From: an uncultured Bacteroidales bacterium
GTDB lineage: Bacteria > Bacteroidota > Bacteroidia > Bacteroidales > Paludibacteraceae
Direction of reading: 5' to 3'
DNA: 64,000 nucleotides
NCBI GenBank assembly: GCA_946059305.1
Contig: CAMGMU010000001.1
Span: 10,354 to 74,353 of the forward strand
The notes beneath the pieces are model-generated. The model was given only the letters and a program-made list of their open reading frames with translations. It ran no database searches and was not told the origin of the DNA. The stretch's first letter is position 1. Each line of letters starts with the position of its first letter. The position numbers and the translations under genes are program-made. This document shows, piece by piece, positions 16,975 to 27,613 of this stretch.

Positions 16975-19020
16975 TTACTTATTCTTCTTTCCACCAGCAT
17001 CCTTACGCAACTCTTGCGGCTTTTGCTCGAGAACAGCCTTCTCCAAATAGTTGAACGTTTCTTCAAAATCCCAATTGGCTTTAAGCGTGAGTTTGCGGTC
17101 AAAATAATAAACCGGTTCGGGTTGCCGATGCTTCAGCCAATCGCCTGTTGTCCAAACCGAATCACCATTCAGGTCTTCATAGATTCTTACATAAAAGGAT
17201 TCTGGTTTGAGATACTCGAATCGCGTCCCTTCCACTTGCGCACGAAGTGTACGAACGGGCTCATCTTTTTCAGAAAGCACCTGAATCATCATATTCGGAT
17301 TAAAGGGCTGAATCTTCATGATGAGAGTAGCATATTCATCAAGCGACTTGATGCCAAGCTTCAGCACTTGCTTATCCGAAGAAACGCCATAAATGCTCGT
17401 AAAAGCAGCCGAGTCTATCTCCAATTCGTATTGTTGACCGGCTTCCCATGCCACTTTGATGGCAAATTGCGAACCACATGAATCGAGTTTGACGAACTCG
17501 AAATCAACCGTATCTTTCTGCCGTTCGGCATTCGGATCGCTGCCTTCAGCAAGTGGAAGCAGATGCCACAAGCGTAAGCTATCCGACTCCCATTTCTCAA
17601 GCGGCCAAGCAAACGTCAACTTGAGTGGCTGATAGATATCGAATGAAGACGAGGCATTGTTTTTTATTTCCAGCACCGGCTTGGGGGCTTTTTCTTTTTC
17701 GCGCTTGCGTGCTGCTTCTTGCTGAGCTGTCAGTTTGGGCGCACGATAAATGGCGGCTATCGTATCCGTCTGCCATCGGATATTATATACACTATCCGTA
17801 AGCTGATACGTCATACCAAACTCAATCGTATCCTGCTTGATATACGCAGAGTCTTGCAGCCAAACCGTAATCGTATCCATCCCTTGAGAGGATTGAATAT
17901 ACGATGGAGGCAAACTGTCAAAACGCGGCATCGAGTCTTGGGGAGAAGCAAAGAGCAAGCGGAAAAAATGCGGTTCTTCTCGCAAACATCTTACGAAATA
18001 CATCTTTCGCTTGTTTTCTTCAAAATACCTGAGCAGGATATTCGAAGGTTCATAACGCGTAATCTTCTTCAGTTGAACCACCGTATCTGCTTGCAGCGAA
18101 TCCGGAAGAACGGAATCAGCAGGCAGCACTATTGCAGAAGAATCAACTGACGCAACACTCGAATCAGCAGGCAACACTATTGCGATAGCATTTGATTGAG
18201 CGGGGAGCGAATCGTTTTTCGCAGGAAGCGTATCAGCAGGCAAACGAATAGCTGCTGAATCTTGAGGCAGACTATCGAGCGGCAAACTGTCAGTCTTCTG
18301 CTCCGGCACATCTATTACAAACGTATCGATGGCTATCGGGATAAAGAGCGAATCAGAGAATGCCAATCCTTCACCCGGCTGATAGACATAGTCTTTAGAG
18401 ATATCGTTGAGCGCATAAATATGATACTTACCGGCATGCAAGTTGCGGAGCGTAAAATGGCCCTTTTCATCCGTACGCGCTATGCTTACAAACACCTTAT
18501 TCAAGAAAGCCGAATCCCGCAAATCATCATGTATGCCAATCAACATATCCGAAATGGGATTCAGATTCTCAGCATTGATAAGTACACCACTCATCTGGAG
18601 CGTATCAATCTGTGGACCAGTACTGAAAGCATACGCATACGACTCAATCGGATTACCTTCGTTGAGGTCACAAATGGATTTGCCAAAATCAATCAGATAG
18701 GTAGTAGAATCGCGAAGCGGTTCTTCAAACGTAACCACCACTTTCTTTCCGAGCGCCTTCACGGTAGGTGTTCTTCGTTGCGGAGGCGACATAAGCACCT
18801 GATTGGCAGCATCCTTCATCTGCAGATATTCGTTGCATTGAATAACAATCGTATTGCCGCTGAAGTTGACGCTTCCATTGGCGGGGGTAACGTTCAGAAT
18901 ATCCGGGGGCGTGGTATCTTTAGGACCACCTTGCGGACCCATACCCTTATTGGCGCAAGCCCTCAAGCAAAGAGCGGCCAGCACCATCCATAGGTATATG
19001 TAATATTTACGTAATCTCAT
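16975..19020 (-). CDS. Ig-like domain lipoprotein (SbsA/Big_5-like N-terminus) with an internal LPADS-type repeat region
   Basis: It has the lipobox LRAC followed by TTPPDILNVTPANGSVNF. The start at 19020 gives an ATGA overlap with the upstream DUF2851 gene. Confidence 0.75.
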   Translation of the reverse strand: MRLRKYYIYLWMVLAALCLRACANKGMGPQGGPKDTTPPDILNVTPANGSVNFSGNTIVIQCNEYLQMKDAANQVLMSPPQRRTPTVKALGKKVVVTFEEPLRDSTTYLIDFGKSICDLNEGNPIESYAYAFSTGPQIDTLQMSGVLINAENLNPISDMLIGIHDDLRDSAFLNKVFVSIARTDEKGHFTLRNLHAGKYHIYALNDISKDYVYQPGEGLAFSDSLFIPIAIDTFVIDVPEQKTDSLPLDSLPQDSAAIRLPADTLPAKNDSLPAQSNAIAIVLPADSSVASVDSSAIVLPADSVLPDSLQADTVVQLKKITRYEPSNILLRYFEENKRKMYFVRCLREEPHFFRLLFASPQDSMPRFDSLPPSYIQSSQGMDTITVWLQDSAYIKQDTIEFGMTYQLTDSVYNIRWQTDTIAAIYRAPKLTAQQEAARKREKEKAPKPVLEIKNNASSSFDIYQPLKLTFAWPLEKWESDSLRLWHLLPLAEGSDPNAERQKDTVDFEFVKLDSCGSQFAIKVAWEAGQQYELEIDSAAFTSIYGVSSDKQVLKLGIKSLDEYATLIMKIQPFNPNMMIQVLSEKDEPVRTLRAQVEGTRFEYLKPESFYVRIYEDLNGDSVWTTGDWLKHRQPEPVYYFDRKLTLKANWDFEETFNYLEKAVLEQKPQELRKDAGGKKNK

Positions 19021-20306
19021 TTTTGTTCTGAAGGCGTAAAGATTTGATAGCCCACATCGCAATTCAAGCAACGCTGCCGAATGCAATATTCCTGATAAAG
19101 GTGAATAAATGTCTGCGAATCAGCAGCCGAACGAATGCGAACTCCTAATGTACGCCATTGGCTGATGATATGATTTTTCTCTGCTGGTATAGTGTCGAGC
19201 AATTGGTAAGCAGTCTCACGAAGCGTTTTATCCCCATGCGCGCGCCCCCACGCATATTTATAAGGTACAGCCGTGTTGATAATCAACACATCTACAGCCG
19301 ACTTTCCAATCGTGCCTTTAGGAGCAGATTTTGCTGCTGCAGGAGGCACTTCTGCACCAAAGCGATAATGCGTTTGCCAATACGCTGAAGGAACGACAGA
19401 GAAACACGCTCTAAGTTTCTTTAAATCAGCCGTTTGGATAATCTCTGAAAGCAAATGCTCGGACTGGTGAATGAGTTTGGCGAACTGAGCTATTCTAAGA
19501 TGCGGGAAATTTTGCGGGCGCATTCTTCCCATCTTCCACATAGAGCCCGCGATTGGAACAAGATTAAATTTCTTCTGAAGAAAACAATATTCCTTCCATA
19601 GGCGCGACGAATAGTCATCGGTTGCCGTTTCTGCTGTGAGTAATCCACTCTGTCCGAAGAGGATAGCCTCGAGTTGAAAGACCGAACTCCGGTGCTTCAT
19701 CAAGTAATTGAGCGGAGTCTGCTTTGCCATCAATTCAAAGGGCAGACTATTGGTATGAAAACCAAAATTATGCGCGAGCGTCACGTAAAAAGCATCATTC
19801 CACCCATTGTGGGTAAGGAGCAACAATTGTTCAATAGCCGCACACTTACGCATCATTCGGTCTTTTAGCAGTTGGCGTTTCCAATTGTCGATTCGCTCAT
19901 CCTCCTGCTCCCATTCGCGCGCACAAAGCCACTTGCGATTGGCCAGTAACGCGTCTAAAAAGTGCGGATCCTCAGGATATTTCAATTCGCATTGTGCAAT
20001 CTTCTCGCCTCGGCTGTTGAAAATCTCTTTATCTGCTTCTTTTACGACATGGAGAATGACCGTATCATACGCTGCATCTTGGTGATGCCCATGCTTCATC
20101 CAATCCGAACTCTTTACGTGAATCTCCACATTCCCAACCAATACAACGCCATCCATACGAATCTGAGCAGCAGAGAAATCCGGACCGGCATCCATATTAT
20201 GATTGCCGGGATCGATTACTTCCAACTGTCGTCCATCCGTTGTCGTTTGCGGAAAATCTCGGAAGAGGCCATTAAGCCAAATCGTATGAAGCAGAAATTC
20301 GGGCAT
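19017..20306 (-). CDS. DUF2851 family protein
   Basis: 429 aa. The N-terminus LLHTIWLNGLF...G..LEVIDPGNHNMDAGPDF...VEIHVKSSDWMKHGH is characteristic. Confidence 0.75.
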   Translation of the reverse strand: MPEFLLHTIWLNGLFRDFPQTTTDGRQLEVIDPGNHNMDAGPDFSAAQIRMDGVVLVGNVEIHVKSSDWMKHGHHQDAAYDTVILHVVKEADKEIFNSRGEKIAQCELKYPEDPHFLDALLANRKWLCAREWEQEDERIDNWKRQLLKDRMMRKCAAIEQLLLLTHNGWNDAFYVTLAHNFGFHTNSLPFELMAKQTPLNYLMKHRSSVFQLEAILFGQSGLLTAETATDDYSSRLWKEYCFLQKKFNLVPIAGSMWKMGRMRPQNFPHLRIAQFAKLIHQSEHLLSEIIQTADLKKLRACFSVVPSAYWQTHYRFGAEVPPAAAKSAPKGTIGKSAVDVLIINTAVPYKYAWGRAHGDKTLRETAYQLLDTIPAEKNHIISQWRTLGVRIRSAADSQTFIHLYQEYCIRQRCLNCDVGYQIFTPSEQK

Positions 20307-20311
20307 AATGC

Positions 20312-20953
20312 TTATAATAATCGTAATTCATAGCCCTCCTGCCGCCAGAAATCAATCGCTTTCGGCAGCACTTCGAGCATACGTTCTGAAGATTTGAGGC
20401 TGTCGTGGAAAACCACGATGGAGCCGTTTCGTGTATATCGTTGGATTACCTCCAGCATTTTCTCTGGAGCGTAAGCCTTATTATAGTCGTGCGTTAGTAC
20501 GTCCCAAAGGACGATGGTATAACCAGCATTGAGCAGTTCCCTTTTTTGAGAAGGTTTCATGCGGCCATAAGGCGGTCTAAAAAGCGGCTTGTCCATTTGA
20601 GCACCTGCCTTTCTCAAAAGCGCATCACAATCTGAAACATCTCTCAAATAAGCTGACAAGGAGGTCTTCAAACCGGGCAAATGATGAAACGTATGGTTGC
20701 CCACCCTATGTCCATCTTCCAAAATCATGCGAAGCAACTCGGGATATTTCCGTGCATTATCGCCCACGCAAAAAAACGTGGCTTTTACCTGCTTCTCGCG
20801 AAGAATGGCTAAAATTTTGGGCGTCATCTCGGGGATAGGACCATCATCAAACGTCAGATAGACAGCCCGTTGGGCAACGTTGCATCGCCACAATACATGA
20901 CGATACAAACGCTGCACACGAGCAGGAAATTGATATAAGGGGCGAAATAACAT
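20312..20953 (-). CDS. Polysaccharide deacetylase family protein
   Basis: 213 aa with NodB-type motifs TFDDGP and HTFHH. Confidence 0.8.
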   Translation of the reverse strand: MLFRPLYQFPARVQRLYRHVLWRCNVAQRAVYLTFDDGPIPEMTPKILAILREKQVKATFFCVGDNARKYPELLRMILEDGHRVGNHTFHHLPGLKTSLSAYLRDVSDCDALLRKAGAQMDKPLFRPPYGRMKPSQKRELLNAGYTIVLWDVLTHDYNKAYAPEKMLEVIQRYTRNGSIVVFHDSLKSSERMLEVLPKAIDFWRQEGYELRLL

Positions 20954-20963
20954 GTTCGCCTGA

Positions 20964-21947
20964 TTATGAGCGCATAGGAGCTTGAGCCTCTACATCCCAA
21001 GCCAGTGAACTTGCGCCAAGGATAGCAGCATCCGAATCCTTAAGCGTAGATACAAGCACTTTCACTTTGTTCTTCCAAATGGGGAGAACATTCGCATTCA
21101 TTGCCTCTACAATCGGGTCCATAATCCAATGGCCGGACTTGGTGAGACCGCCAAAGAGGATGATGGCTTCGGGAGCAGAGAAGGCTACGAAATCAGCCAG
21201 TTTCTGACCGAGCAGACGACCGGTAAACTCGAAAATCTCCTTAGCCACTTCATCACCAGCTTCAGCTGCTTTGAATACGTCATACGAAGTGATATGGTCG
21301 ATATCCAAATTGCGGAGGAGCGTCTCTTTAGAAGAATTGGATACAATCTCCTTAGCCGAACGAGCCACACCCGTTGCCGAAGCGTAAGCCTCGATACAGC
21401 CTTTCTGACCGCAACCACATTGGCGTCCTTCCGGTCCGTGAATAATCTTGGTATGACCAAGTTCGCCTGCGAAACCATCATGACCATAAACGATTTTACC
21501 ATCGATTACAATACCCGAACCAACACCCGTACCGAGCGTAATCTCAATGAAGTTACGCATTCCGCGAGCAGCACCATAAGTCATTTCACCCATAGCAGCA
21601 GCATTGGCATCGTTGGTAATGCGACATGGTACACCCATTCGTTCGCTGATTAATTTAGCAAACGGAACAAGGCCCTTCCATGGGAGGTTGGGAGCATACT
21701 CGATGCAGCCAGTATAGTAGTTGCCATTAGGCGTACCTGCACCTACACCACGTACTTGATCCATACCGCCGAAATCATCAGCGAGTTTCTTCATTTCAGA
21801 GCAGAGCACATCGCAATATTCATTAATATCAGGAAAATCAGGGGTTGGAATAGAAGAAGACTTCAGCACGTTGCCACGTGCATCAACGATACCAAACTTG
21901 GTACCCGTACCGCCCATGTCGATACCCAAAACATACGGTTTTTCCAT
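20964..21947 (-). CDS. ROK family glucokinase
   Basis: 327 aa with GIDMGGTGTKFG, the ROK signature and the CGCGQKGC zinc motif. Confidence 0.85.
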   Translation of the reverse strand: MEKPYVLGIDMGGTGTKFGIVDARGNVLKSSSIPTPDFPDINEYCDVLCSEMKKLADDFGGMDQVRGVGAGTPNGNYYTGCIEYAPNLPWKGLVPFAKLISERMGVPCRITNDANAAAMGEMTYGAARGMRNFIEITLGTGVGSGIVIDGKIVYGHDGFAGELGHTKIIHGPEGRQCGCGQKGCIEAYASATGVARSAKEIVSNSSKETLLRNLDIDHITSYDVFKAAEAGDEVAKEIFEFTGRLLGQKLADFVAFSAPEAIILFGGLTKSGHWIMDPIVEAMNANVLPIWKNKVKVLVSTLKDSDAAILGASSLAWDVEAQAPMRS

Positions 21948-21973
21948 GATGAGAAAATTTAGAGGATGAATAG

Positions 21974-23227
21974 TTATTTTTTGTTGATTTTAGAGCCCAT
22001 AAGAGCAAACCAAAGGATATATGCCACCATAGCTACAACGAGCCAATACGAAACCATGTATCCTACACTGTTGGCGATAGCTTCCTGAATAAGCGGCATC
22101 ACGCCACCACCTACAACCATCGTCATGAAGATACCCGAAGCCGCAGCCGTATATTTGCCCAATCCCTCGGTAGCCAGGTTGAAAATATTACCCCACATTA
22201 CAGACGTGCACAAACCGCAGAGCACAAAGAAGAGGCACTTAACCGGCACCTCTGCATAGAAGTTCATCGTCATGCTTTCAGGAATAAAGATAGCCAAAAC
22301 GAGCAATACCAACGCCACAATAGAAACAATGGTCAACTGTGTGCGGGTAGAGACTTTACCGGAAATAAACGAGCTGGTAAAACGGCCTACAAGCATAAGA
22401 AACCAATAGATAGTTGCAATCGAACCGGCAATAGCCGTTGCATTCGGGATATTGAGCGAATTCAGATAGAAAATCATCTCACCGGGGATACCAACCTCTA
22501 CACCAACGTAGAAGAAAATGGCAATCACACCGAAAATCAAGTGCTTATATCCAAGAGCACCTTTGATAAGCGCCATCGTGTCGCCACCTTCCTGCTCGGG
22601 CTCTACCAGCGGGGTAAAACCGATGATTACGATAGAAGCAGCAAACACACCCATAGCGATATACAGGAGCGGAGCTACGTGAGCCATCGAGGTTTGCTTG
22701 GTAACCTCACCAATCAGCATACCTGCGAGCATCGGAGTAAGGCTACCGGCAAGCGAATTGAGCGAACCACCAATCTGCACATACTGATTACCGCGATTAC
22801 CACCACCACCAAGCAGGTTAAGCATCGGATTCACTACCGTATTCAGCACGCAAACAGAAAAACCGCAGATGAATGCACCAAGCAGATAAATGAAATAGTT
22901 CAAGTTCATCAAACCACCGAAGATAGCCGTTTCTGCACCGGTTCGGGAAGAGAGGAATTGAACACAAACACCAATAAAACCAAGCGCAAGACCAACTAAA
23001 ACGGTCTTCTTGTAGCCCATCTTGGAAATCATGATACCAGCCGGGATACCCATAAAGAGATAAGCAGCAAAATTCATCATGTTGCCCATCATACCTGCCC
23101 AACTGTACTGGAATTTCCAGATGGTGCCAAAGGGTGCTGCCATGTTCGTAACAAACGAGATCATGGCAAAGAGGAACATCATCGCAATAATAGCGATAAC
23201 GACACTTTTGTTGTTTTCATTTTTCAT
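21974..23227 (-). CDS. MFS sugar transporter (glucose/galactose/fucose permease type)
   Basis: 417 aa with 12 TM helices. It is adjacent to the glucokinase gene. Confidence 0.8.
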   Translation of the reverse strand: MKNENNKSVVIAIIAMMFLFAMISFVTNMAAPFGTIWKFQYSWAGMMGNMMNFAAYLFMGIPAGIMISKMGYKKTVLVGLALGFIGVCVQFLSSRTGAETAIFGGLMNLNYFIYLLGAFICGFSVCVLNTVVNPMLNLLGGGGNRGNQYVQIGGSLNSLAGSLTPMLAGMLIGEVTKQTSMAHVAPLLYIAMGVFAASIVIIGFTPLVEPEQEGGDTMALIKGALGYKHLIFGVIAIFFYVGVEVGIPGEMIFYLNSLNIPNATAIAGSIATIYWFLMLVGRFTSSFISGKVSTRTQLTIVSIVALVLLVLAIFIPESMTMNFYAEVPVKCLFFVLCGLCTSVMWGNIFNLATEGLGKYTAAASGIFMTMVVGGGVMPLIQEAIANSVGYMVSYWLVVAMVAYILWFALMGSKINKK

Positions 23228-23255
23228 AAAATTGAAGATTATTTGGATTTTGGAA

Positions 23256-25490
23256 TTAGTTTAAGAGTTGCGCACGCAAGAAATCGAGCATGCGATGATA
23301 GAGATGGTTGTAGTTCGAACGTTTGCGCAGGAAATGGTTGTCATCTGGATAGATCTGCATCTCAAACTGCTTTCCTTCGCGCACGAGCGCCTCCATGTAG
23401 AGGAATGCATTCTGCACATGCACGTTGTCGTCCGCCAAGCCATGCACAATCAGCACCCTACCCTGCAAATGTTGCGCCAATTGGGGCAATGCCGAAGCAT
23501 CATACCCTTCTTCGTTCCACTCCGGCCGCTGCATGAATCGCTCGGTATAGCCCGAGTCATAGAGTCGCCAATCCGTAACGGGTGCAACGGCAATACCGCA
23601 ACGGAAGGGGCTGCTGCCGGCATTGTTATTAAAACGCATTTTGCCTGTCAGTTTGGGCTCCATCGAGCAAATCGACATACTCATCAGCGTCTCAAATCCG
23701 CCATAGCTCCAGCCCCAGATAGCTATTCTGGAAGCATCTACCCACGCTTGTTGTCCGAGCCAAAGGGCTGCCGCTACCTGATCTTCAGCTTCGCGAATGC
23801 CGAGTTGAGAGTAGGTAGCATTGCGGAAAGCTCGTCCGCGAGCATCTGTACCTCTGCCATCCACGCAAACGCACACCACTCCTTCTTTAGCTGCCAGATA
23901 CTCCTCCCAATCGATACGCCAGCGGTTGAGCACCTGCTGAGAGGTAGGACCGCTATACTGCATCATCAATACGGGATATCGCTTGGCTTCAGAGAAATCA
24001 GCCGGACGAAGCATCCAGCCGTTGAGCGTATCACCTCGGGGCGTAACGAATGAGAAGAATTGCTTTACAGGTAATCCGGCCGCTTTCGCACGCGCCAATA
24101 CCGCATTATTATTCTTCAATTCGCGCACCATTTTTCCATCGCGCGTATATAAAGTATATTGTCCGGGATTCTCCACCGATTGGAAATAATCCACGAAATA
24201 TGTCAGTTTGTTAGAGAATACCGCCTGATGCATACCCTCCCCTTTCGAGAGCGCTTTCACCGTGCCCTTCTTCACGTTGAGTTGATAAATATAGCGCGTC
24301 ATGGGATTTTTGTCAGCAGCCTGATAATAGAGCATTCCGGTAGCCTCATCATAGCCATAAAGGGCAGTCACATCGAAATTACCTTTCGTGAGCAACTGCT
24401 TTTTGCTGCCAGAAGCAGAATACTTATACACATGCCGATATCCATCCTCTTCACTCACTACCAATACAGAATTATCCGACAACCATTGCCATTCGTCGAA
24501 CAACTCGTAATTCACGAAATATTGCTTGCTTTCTTCTGTATAAAAACGCTGAGAAAGTGTAGATTTGGGGTTGGCGTAAAACACCTCCATCTTATTCTGA
24601 TTTCGGTTCATACGCAGGATAACCATCTCGCCTTGGGGGTTATCTTTCGTAGGATTTGTCCATCCAATTCGAGGTATATACGAATCGGATTGTTCGGGCA
24701 GTTGAATGGTCTTGACAGACTTGTAATAGGTATCATACACGCAAGCACTTGCCACCGCATTCTTATCGCCTGCCTTCGGATAACGAAGCTGCTTCACTTC
24801 GGGATAGCGCAAGCCCTTGCCTTCTTCATCCAAGTAATCAATCCACCGGAAAAGCGGCACCTCTGTCTCGTTGAGTCTGACGAAAGCCAACTGCTTGGAG
24901 TCGGGAGAAAAAGCATACATAGCCGTTGTACCAAACTCCTCTTCATACAGCCAATCGGCCGCACCATTGAATATCTTATCGGGCTCGCCATCGCGCGTTA
25001 CGGCCACTTCCGTGCCATACACCACCTTGTGGATGTAAAGGTTGTTATCGCGGCAGAAAGCGATATACTCGCCATTGGGCGAGAATACCGGGTCGCGAAC
25101 GGGCATCGTATCTGACAAGGCCTTCAGTTCGCCTCGCTTACGGTCGTAGAGATAATAATCGGCAGTAAACGAACGGCGAAATTGTCGCTGGCTATTGTTA
25201 TAGACCAACACAAAACGATCCACAGGTGAGAGAATAAACCCATCAATAGATTTAAGTTTCATGTTTTTGGTGTGCGCGATACTGAAAAGGGTATCGGTTA
25301 CTGCTCCCGTCTTGTAAGAGTAAGCAAGCACCATGCCGTCTTTGAGCATCGCATAATGTTCGCCATCCGCCATCGGAGTGGATTCCTCCAGACGTTGAGG
25401 CTTGAACTTCCCGGCCGTAATATCGTCCAACAAATCGGCTTGCGCCATGACCGGCAACAAGGCCAATACCAAATACAGAAGTCGTTTCAT
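23256..25490 (-). CDS. Dipeptidyl-peptidase IV (S9B prolyl peptidase)
   Basis: 744 aa with a signal peptide, an N-terminal beta-propeller region and the GWSYGG nucleophile elbow. The Asp/His region is LIVHGLADDNVH. Confidence 0.9.
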   Translation of the reverse strand: MKRLLYLVLALLPVMAQADLLDDITAGKFKPQRLEESTPMADGEHYAMLKDGMVLAYSYKTGAVTDTLFSIAHTKNMKLKSIDGFILSPVDRFVLVYNNSQRQFRRSFTADYYLYDRKRGELKALSDTMPVRDPVFSPNGEYIAFCRDNNLYIHKVVYGTEVAVTRDGEPDKIFNGAADWLYEEEFGTTAMYAFSPDSKQLAFVRLNETEVPLFRWIDYLDEEGKGLRYPEVKQLRYPKAGDKNAVASACVYDTYYKSVKTIQLPEQSDSYIPRIGWTNPTKDNPQGEMVILRMNRNQNKMEVFYANPKSTLSQRFYTEESKQYFVNYELFDEWQWLSDNSVLVVSEEDGYRHVYKYSASGSKKQLLTKGNFDVTALYGYDEATGMLYYQAADKNPMTRYIYQLNVKKGTVKALSKGEGMHQAVFSNKLTYFVDYFQSVENPGQYTLYTRDGKMVRELKNNNAVLARAKAAGLPVKQFFSFVTPRGDTLNGWMLRPADFSEAKRYPVLMMQYSGPTSQQVLNRWRIDWEEYLAAKEGVVCVCVDGRGTDARGRAFRNATYSQLGIREAEDQVAAALWLGQQAWVDASRIAIWGWSYGGFETLMSMSICSMEPKLTGKMRFNNNAGSSPFRCGIAVAPVTDWRLYDSGYTERFMQRPEWNEEGYDASALPQLAQHLQGRVLIVHGLADDNVHVQNAFLYMEALVREGKQFEMQIYPDDNHFLRKRSNYNHLYHRMLDFLRAQLLN

Positions 25491-25491
25491 A

Positions 25492-27444
25492 TTATTTTCT
25501 TGCTTTCTTGGATTGTTCTTTTACTTGCTGACGCATCATAGCCTGCTGCTCGCGTTGCATCTTCTCCAGACGCTCCATGAAGCCCGACTTCTTCTGCGGT
25601 CCTTTCTTGGCTTTCTTTGCCTGCGCCTTCTCCATCTCAGCCAACACGCGCTTGTCGTTGAGCGTCCAGCGGAAGATCATCGTTTGGAGAATGGTCATCA
25701 AGAGCGAAATGAAGTAATAATAGCTCAAGCCGGCTGCATAGTTATTGAACACAAAGAGGAACATAATCGGCATCGCATACATCATCCATTTCATCATCTT
25801 CATTTGCGGATCGTTGCCTCCGGGCTGCGTCTGCATATTGATATAGGTATAGATGATATTCGTGATGGTCATCAAGAGGGTAAAGAGCGAGATATGGTTA
25901 TCAAATGCCCAACTGATGATAGGAATATACGTATCCCAACTGATGATGGCGTCATAGGCCGAGAGGTCTTCAGCCCAGAGGAAGGACTGTCCGCGAAGCT
26001 CGATAGCCGTGGGGAAGAACCAGAACATCGCCATTACCACCGGCATTTGGAACAGCATCGGGAGACAGCCGGACATAGGCGAAACACCAGCTTTGCTATA
26101 CAACGCCATGGTAGCCTGCTGACGCTCCTGCATCTTTTCGGGCGGGTACTTGGCGTTGATCTCATCGAGTTGCGGCTTCAATACACGCATTTTTGCCGAA
26201 CTCTTATAGCTCTTAAACGTAAACGGCAGGATAATCAGCTTGATTACGAGCGTCATCAGGAAAATCACCCAACCGATATGCAAGCCCCATTTGGTGAAGA
26301 GGTCAAACATCGGAATCACGAGGATACGGTTAATCCACGCTACAATCTCCCATCCGAGGGGCACCAACGTGCGCAAACGAAGCAGCTCATATTTCTGCTT
26401 GCCCTTATCATACGCATTGAGCGTGTGGTAGTGGTTCGGACCGAGATACATCTTGAAGCTTGTTGCCGTCTTTCCGGTCGGATCAAAAAGCACCGAAGCG
26501 GTAGTGCTATATTCTTTGATATAACGCGTGTTTTTACCCATCAAAGTAGAACTGATATCGGTAGAAGTAAAGGCCGAATCAGCAATCATCACAGTCGAGA
26601 AGAACTGATCCTTATAGGCAATCCAGCGGATTTTGCCGCTCTCCTGCTCACGTTCATTTTTCGCTTCACTCAACTTCTCGATATCGCGATTGATAAACAT
26701 ATACTGAAGTTGCGCATATCGCTCCTCAAACTTACGTCCGCGCTCCTGCTGCGGAATAAGTTGATGCCAGGTCATCTCCATCGAGTTGACGTTGGTAGCA
26801 AGTACTTGCTCCATACCATGGCATTGGATACGGAAACCAATCATGTAGTTATCAGCAGGAATCTGATACTCGAAATCCATATACGCACCCCCTTCAGCAT
26901 GCAAGCGCATTCTTACGATTTGCACACCATCTTCCGCAAACTGCACGGGTTGCGGTTCGAAATAGAGACTGCGCGTATTGAGCACGCGGTCGTTCTTCGT
27001 AATCAAGGTAAAGCCGAGCGCATACTCATCGCCCTCAAACAAGCGAAGCATATTCACCGAATCGCCATACGCTTTATAGTTCTTCAGTTCGGCTTTATAG
27101 AGCACACCACCCTTGGGGTCAAACGTCAGTCGGAGCAATTCGCTCTCCACTACGAGTTTTTCAAGGTCGGAATTAATAGCAAAAGCCGCATCTGCAAAAG
27201 CGCCATATTGCGCACGCAAATGCTCTTGAAGGGCAGCCGTATCCACAACGGCTTCTGATGCTTGCAGTTCGGCCAACTGCTTTTGAGCCTCGGCTTCTGC
27301 CTGCTTTTGAGCCTGTACAAACGCAATCGAATCGCGTACATGCTGGCGCCGAGCCAGCTCTTCCTTAGAGGGTCGATTAAAATAACTGAATCCAATCAAA
27401 ATAGCGGCTATCAATCCGAAGCCAATCCATGTGTTTTTATCCAT
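25492..27444 (-). CDS. yidC: Membrane protein insertase YidC (long Bacteroidota form)
   Basis: 650 aa with a large periplasmic domain and the conserved 60-kDa insertase C-terminal TM core. The tail is basic. Confidence 0.9.
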   Translation of the reverse strand: MDKNTWIGFGLIAAILIGFSYFNRPSKEELARRQHVRDSIAFVQAQKQAEAEAQKQLAELQASEAVVDTAALQEHLRAQYGAFADAAFAINSDLEKLVVESELLRLTFDPKGGVLYKAELKNYKAYGDSVNMLRLFEGDEYALGFTLITKNDRVLNTRSLYFEPQPVQFAEDGVQIVRMRLHAEGGAYMDFEYQIPADNYMIGFRIQCHGMEQVLATNVNSMEMTWHQLIPQQERGRKFEERYAQLQYMFINRDIEKLSEAKNEREQESGKIRWIAYKDQFFSTVMIADSAFTSTDISSTLMGKNTRYIKEYSTTASVLFDPTGKTATSFKMYLGPNHYHTLNAYDKGKQKYELLRLRTLVPLGWEIVAWINRILVIPMFDLFTKWGLHIGWVIFLMTLVIKLIILPFTFKSYKSSAKMRVLKPQLDEINAKYPPEKMQERQQATMALYSKAGVSPMSGCLPMLFQMPVVMAMFWFFPTAIELRGQSFLWAEDLSAYDAIISWDTYIPIISWAFDNHISLFTLLMTITNIIYTYINMQTQPGGNDPQMKMMKWMMYAMPIMFLFVFNNYAAGLSYYYFISLLMTILQTMIFRWTLNDKRVLAEMEKAQAKKAKKGPQKKSGFMERLEKMQREQQAMMRQQVKEQSKKARK

Positions 27445-27517
27445 TTCTGTTTTTGTTTATTTCATAATTTTTTATGCACGCACATTGCACATGCGCACAT
27501 ACACGCAAAATCGGCTA

Positions 27518-27525
27518 CAAAATTA
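27518..27525 (-). promoter_or_regulatory. -7 box TAATTTTG (minus strand) for the yidC/DPP-IV operon
   Basis: The reverse complement reads tttagTAATTTTGtagcc, about 70 nt upstream of the ATG at 27444. Confidence 0.45.
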
Positions 27526-27613
27526 CTAAAAAAATCTGACATTCCCAAATTTACATGTTATTTTTTATGTATTTTTAACGTTTTGCACGATTTTTGTAGG
27601 TAAAATCTCCGTT

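Noticed and set aside
16932-17102. N-terminal extension of the pnuC ORF (track start 17102)
   Set aside because: The extension overlaps the 3' end of the upstream Ig-like gene, is Arg/Ser-rich, and precedes a good ATG (MEKFKK) that matches PnuC N-termini.
25402-27258. 618-aa plus-strand ORF
   Set aside because: It lies antisense to yidC, whose product is unmistakable. The translation is His/Arg/Leu-rich with no recognisable motifs. The same reasoning applies to 29974-31077, 24159-25115, 23268-24053, 9573-10385 and 18262-18993.
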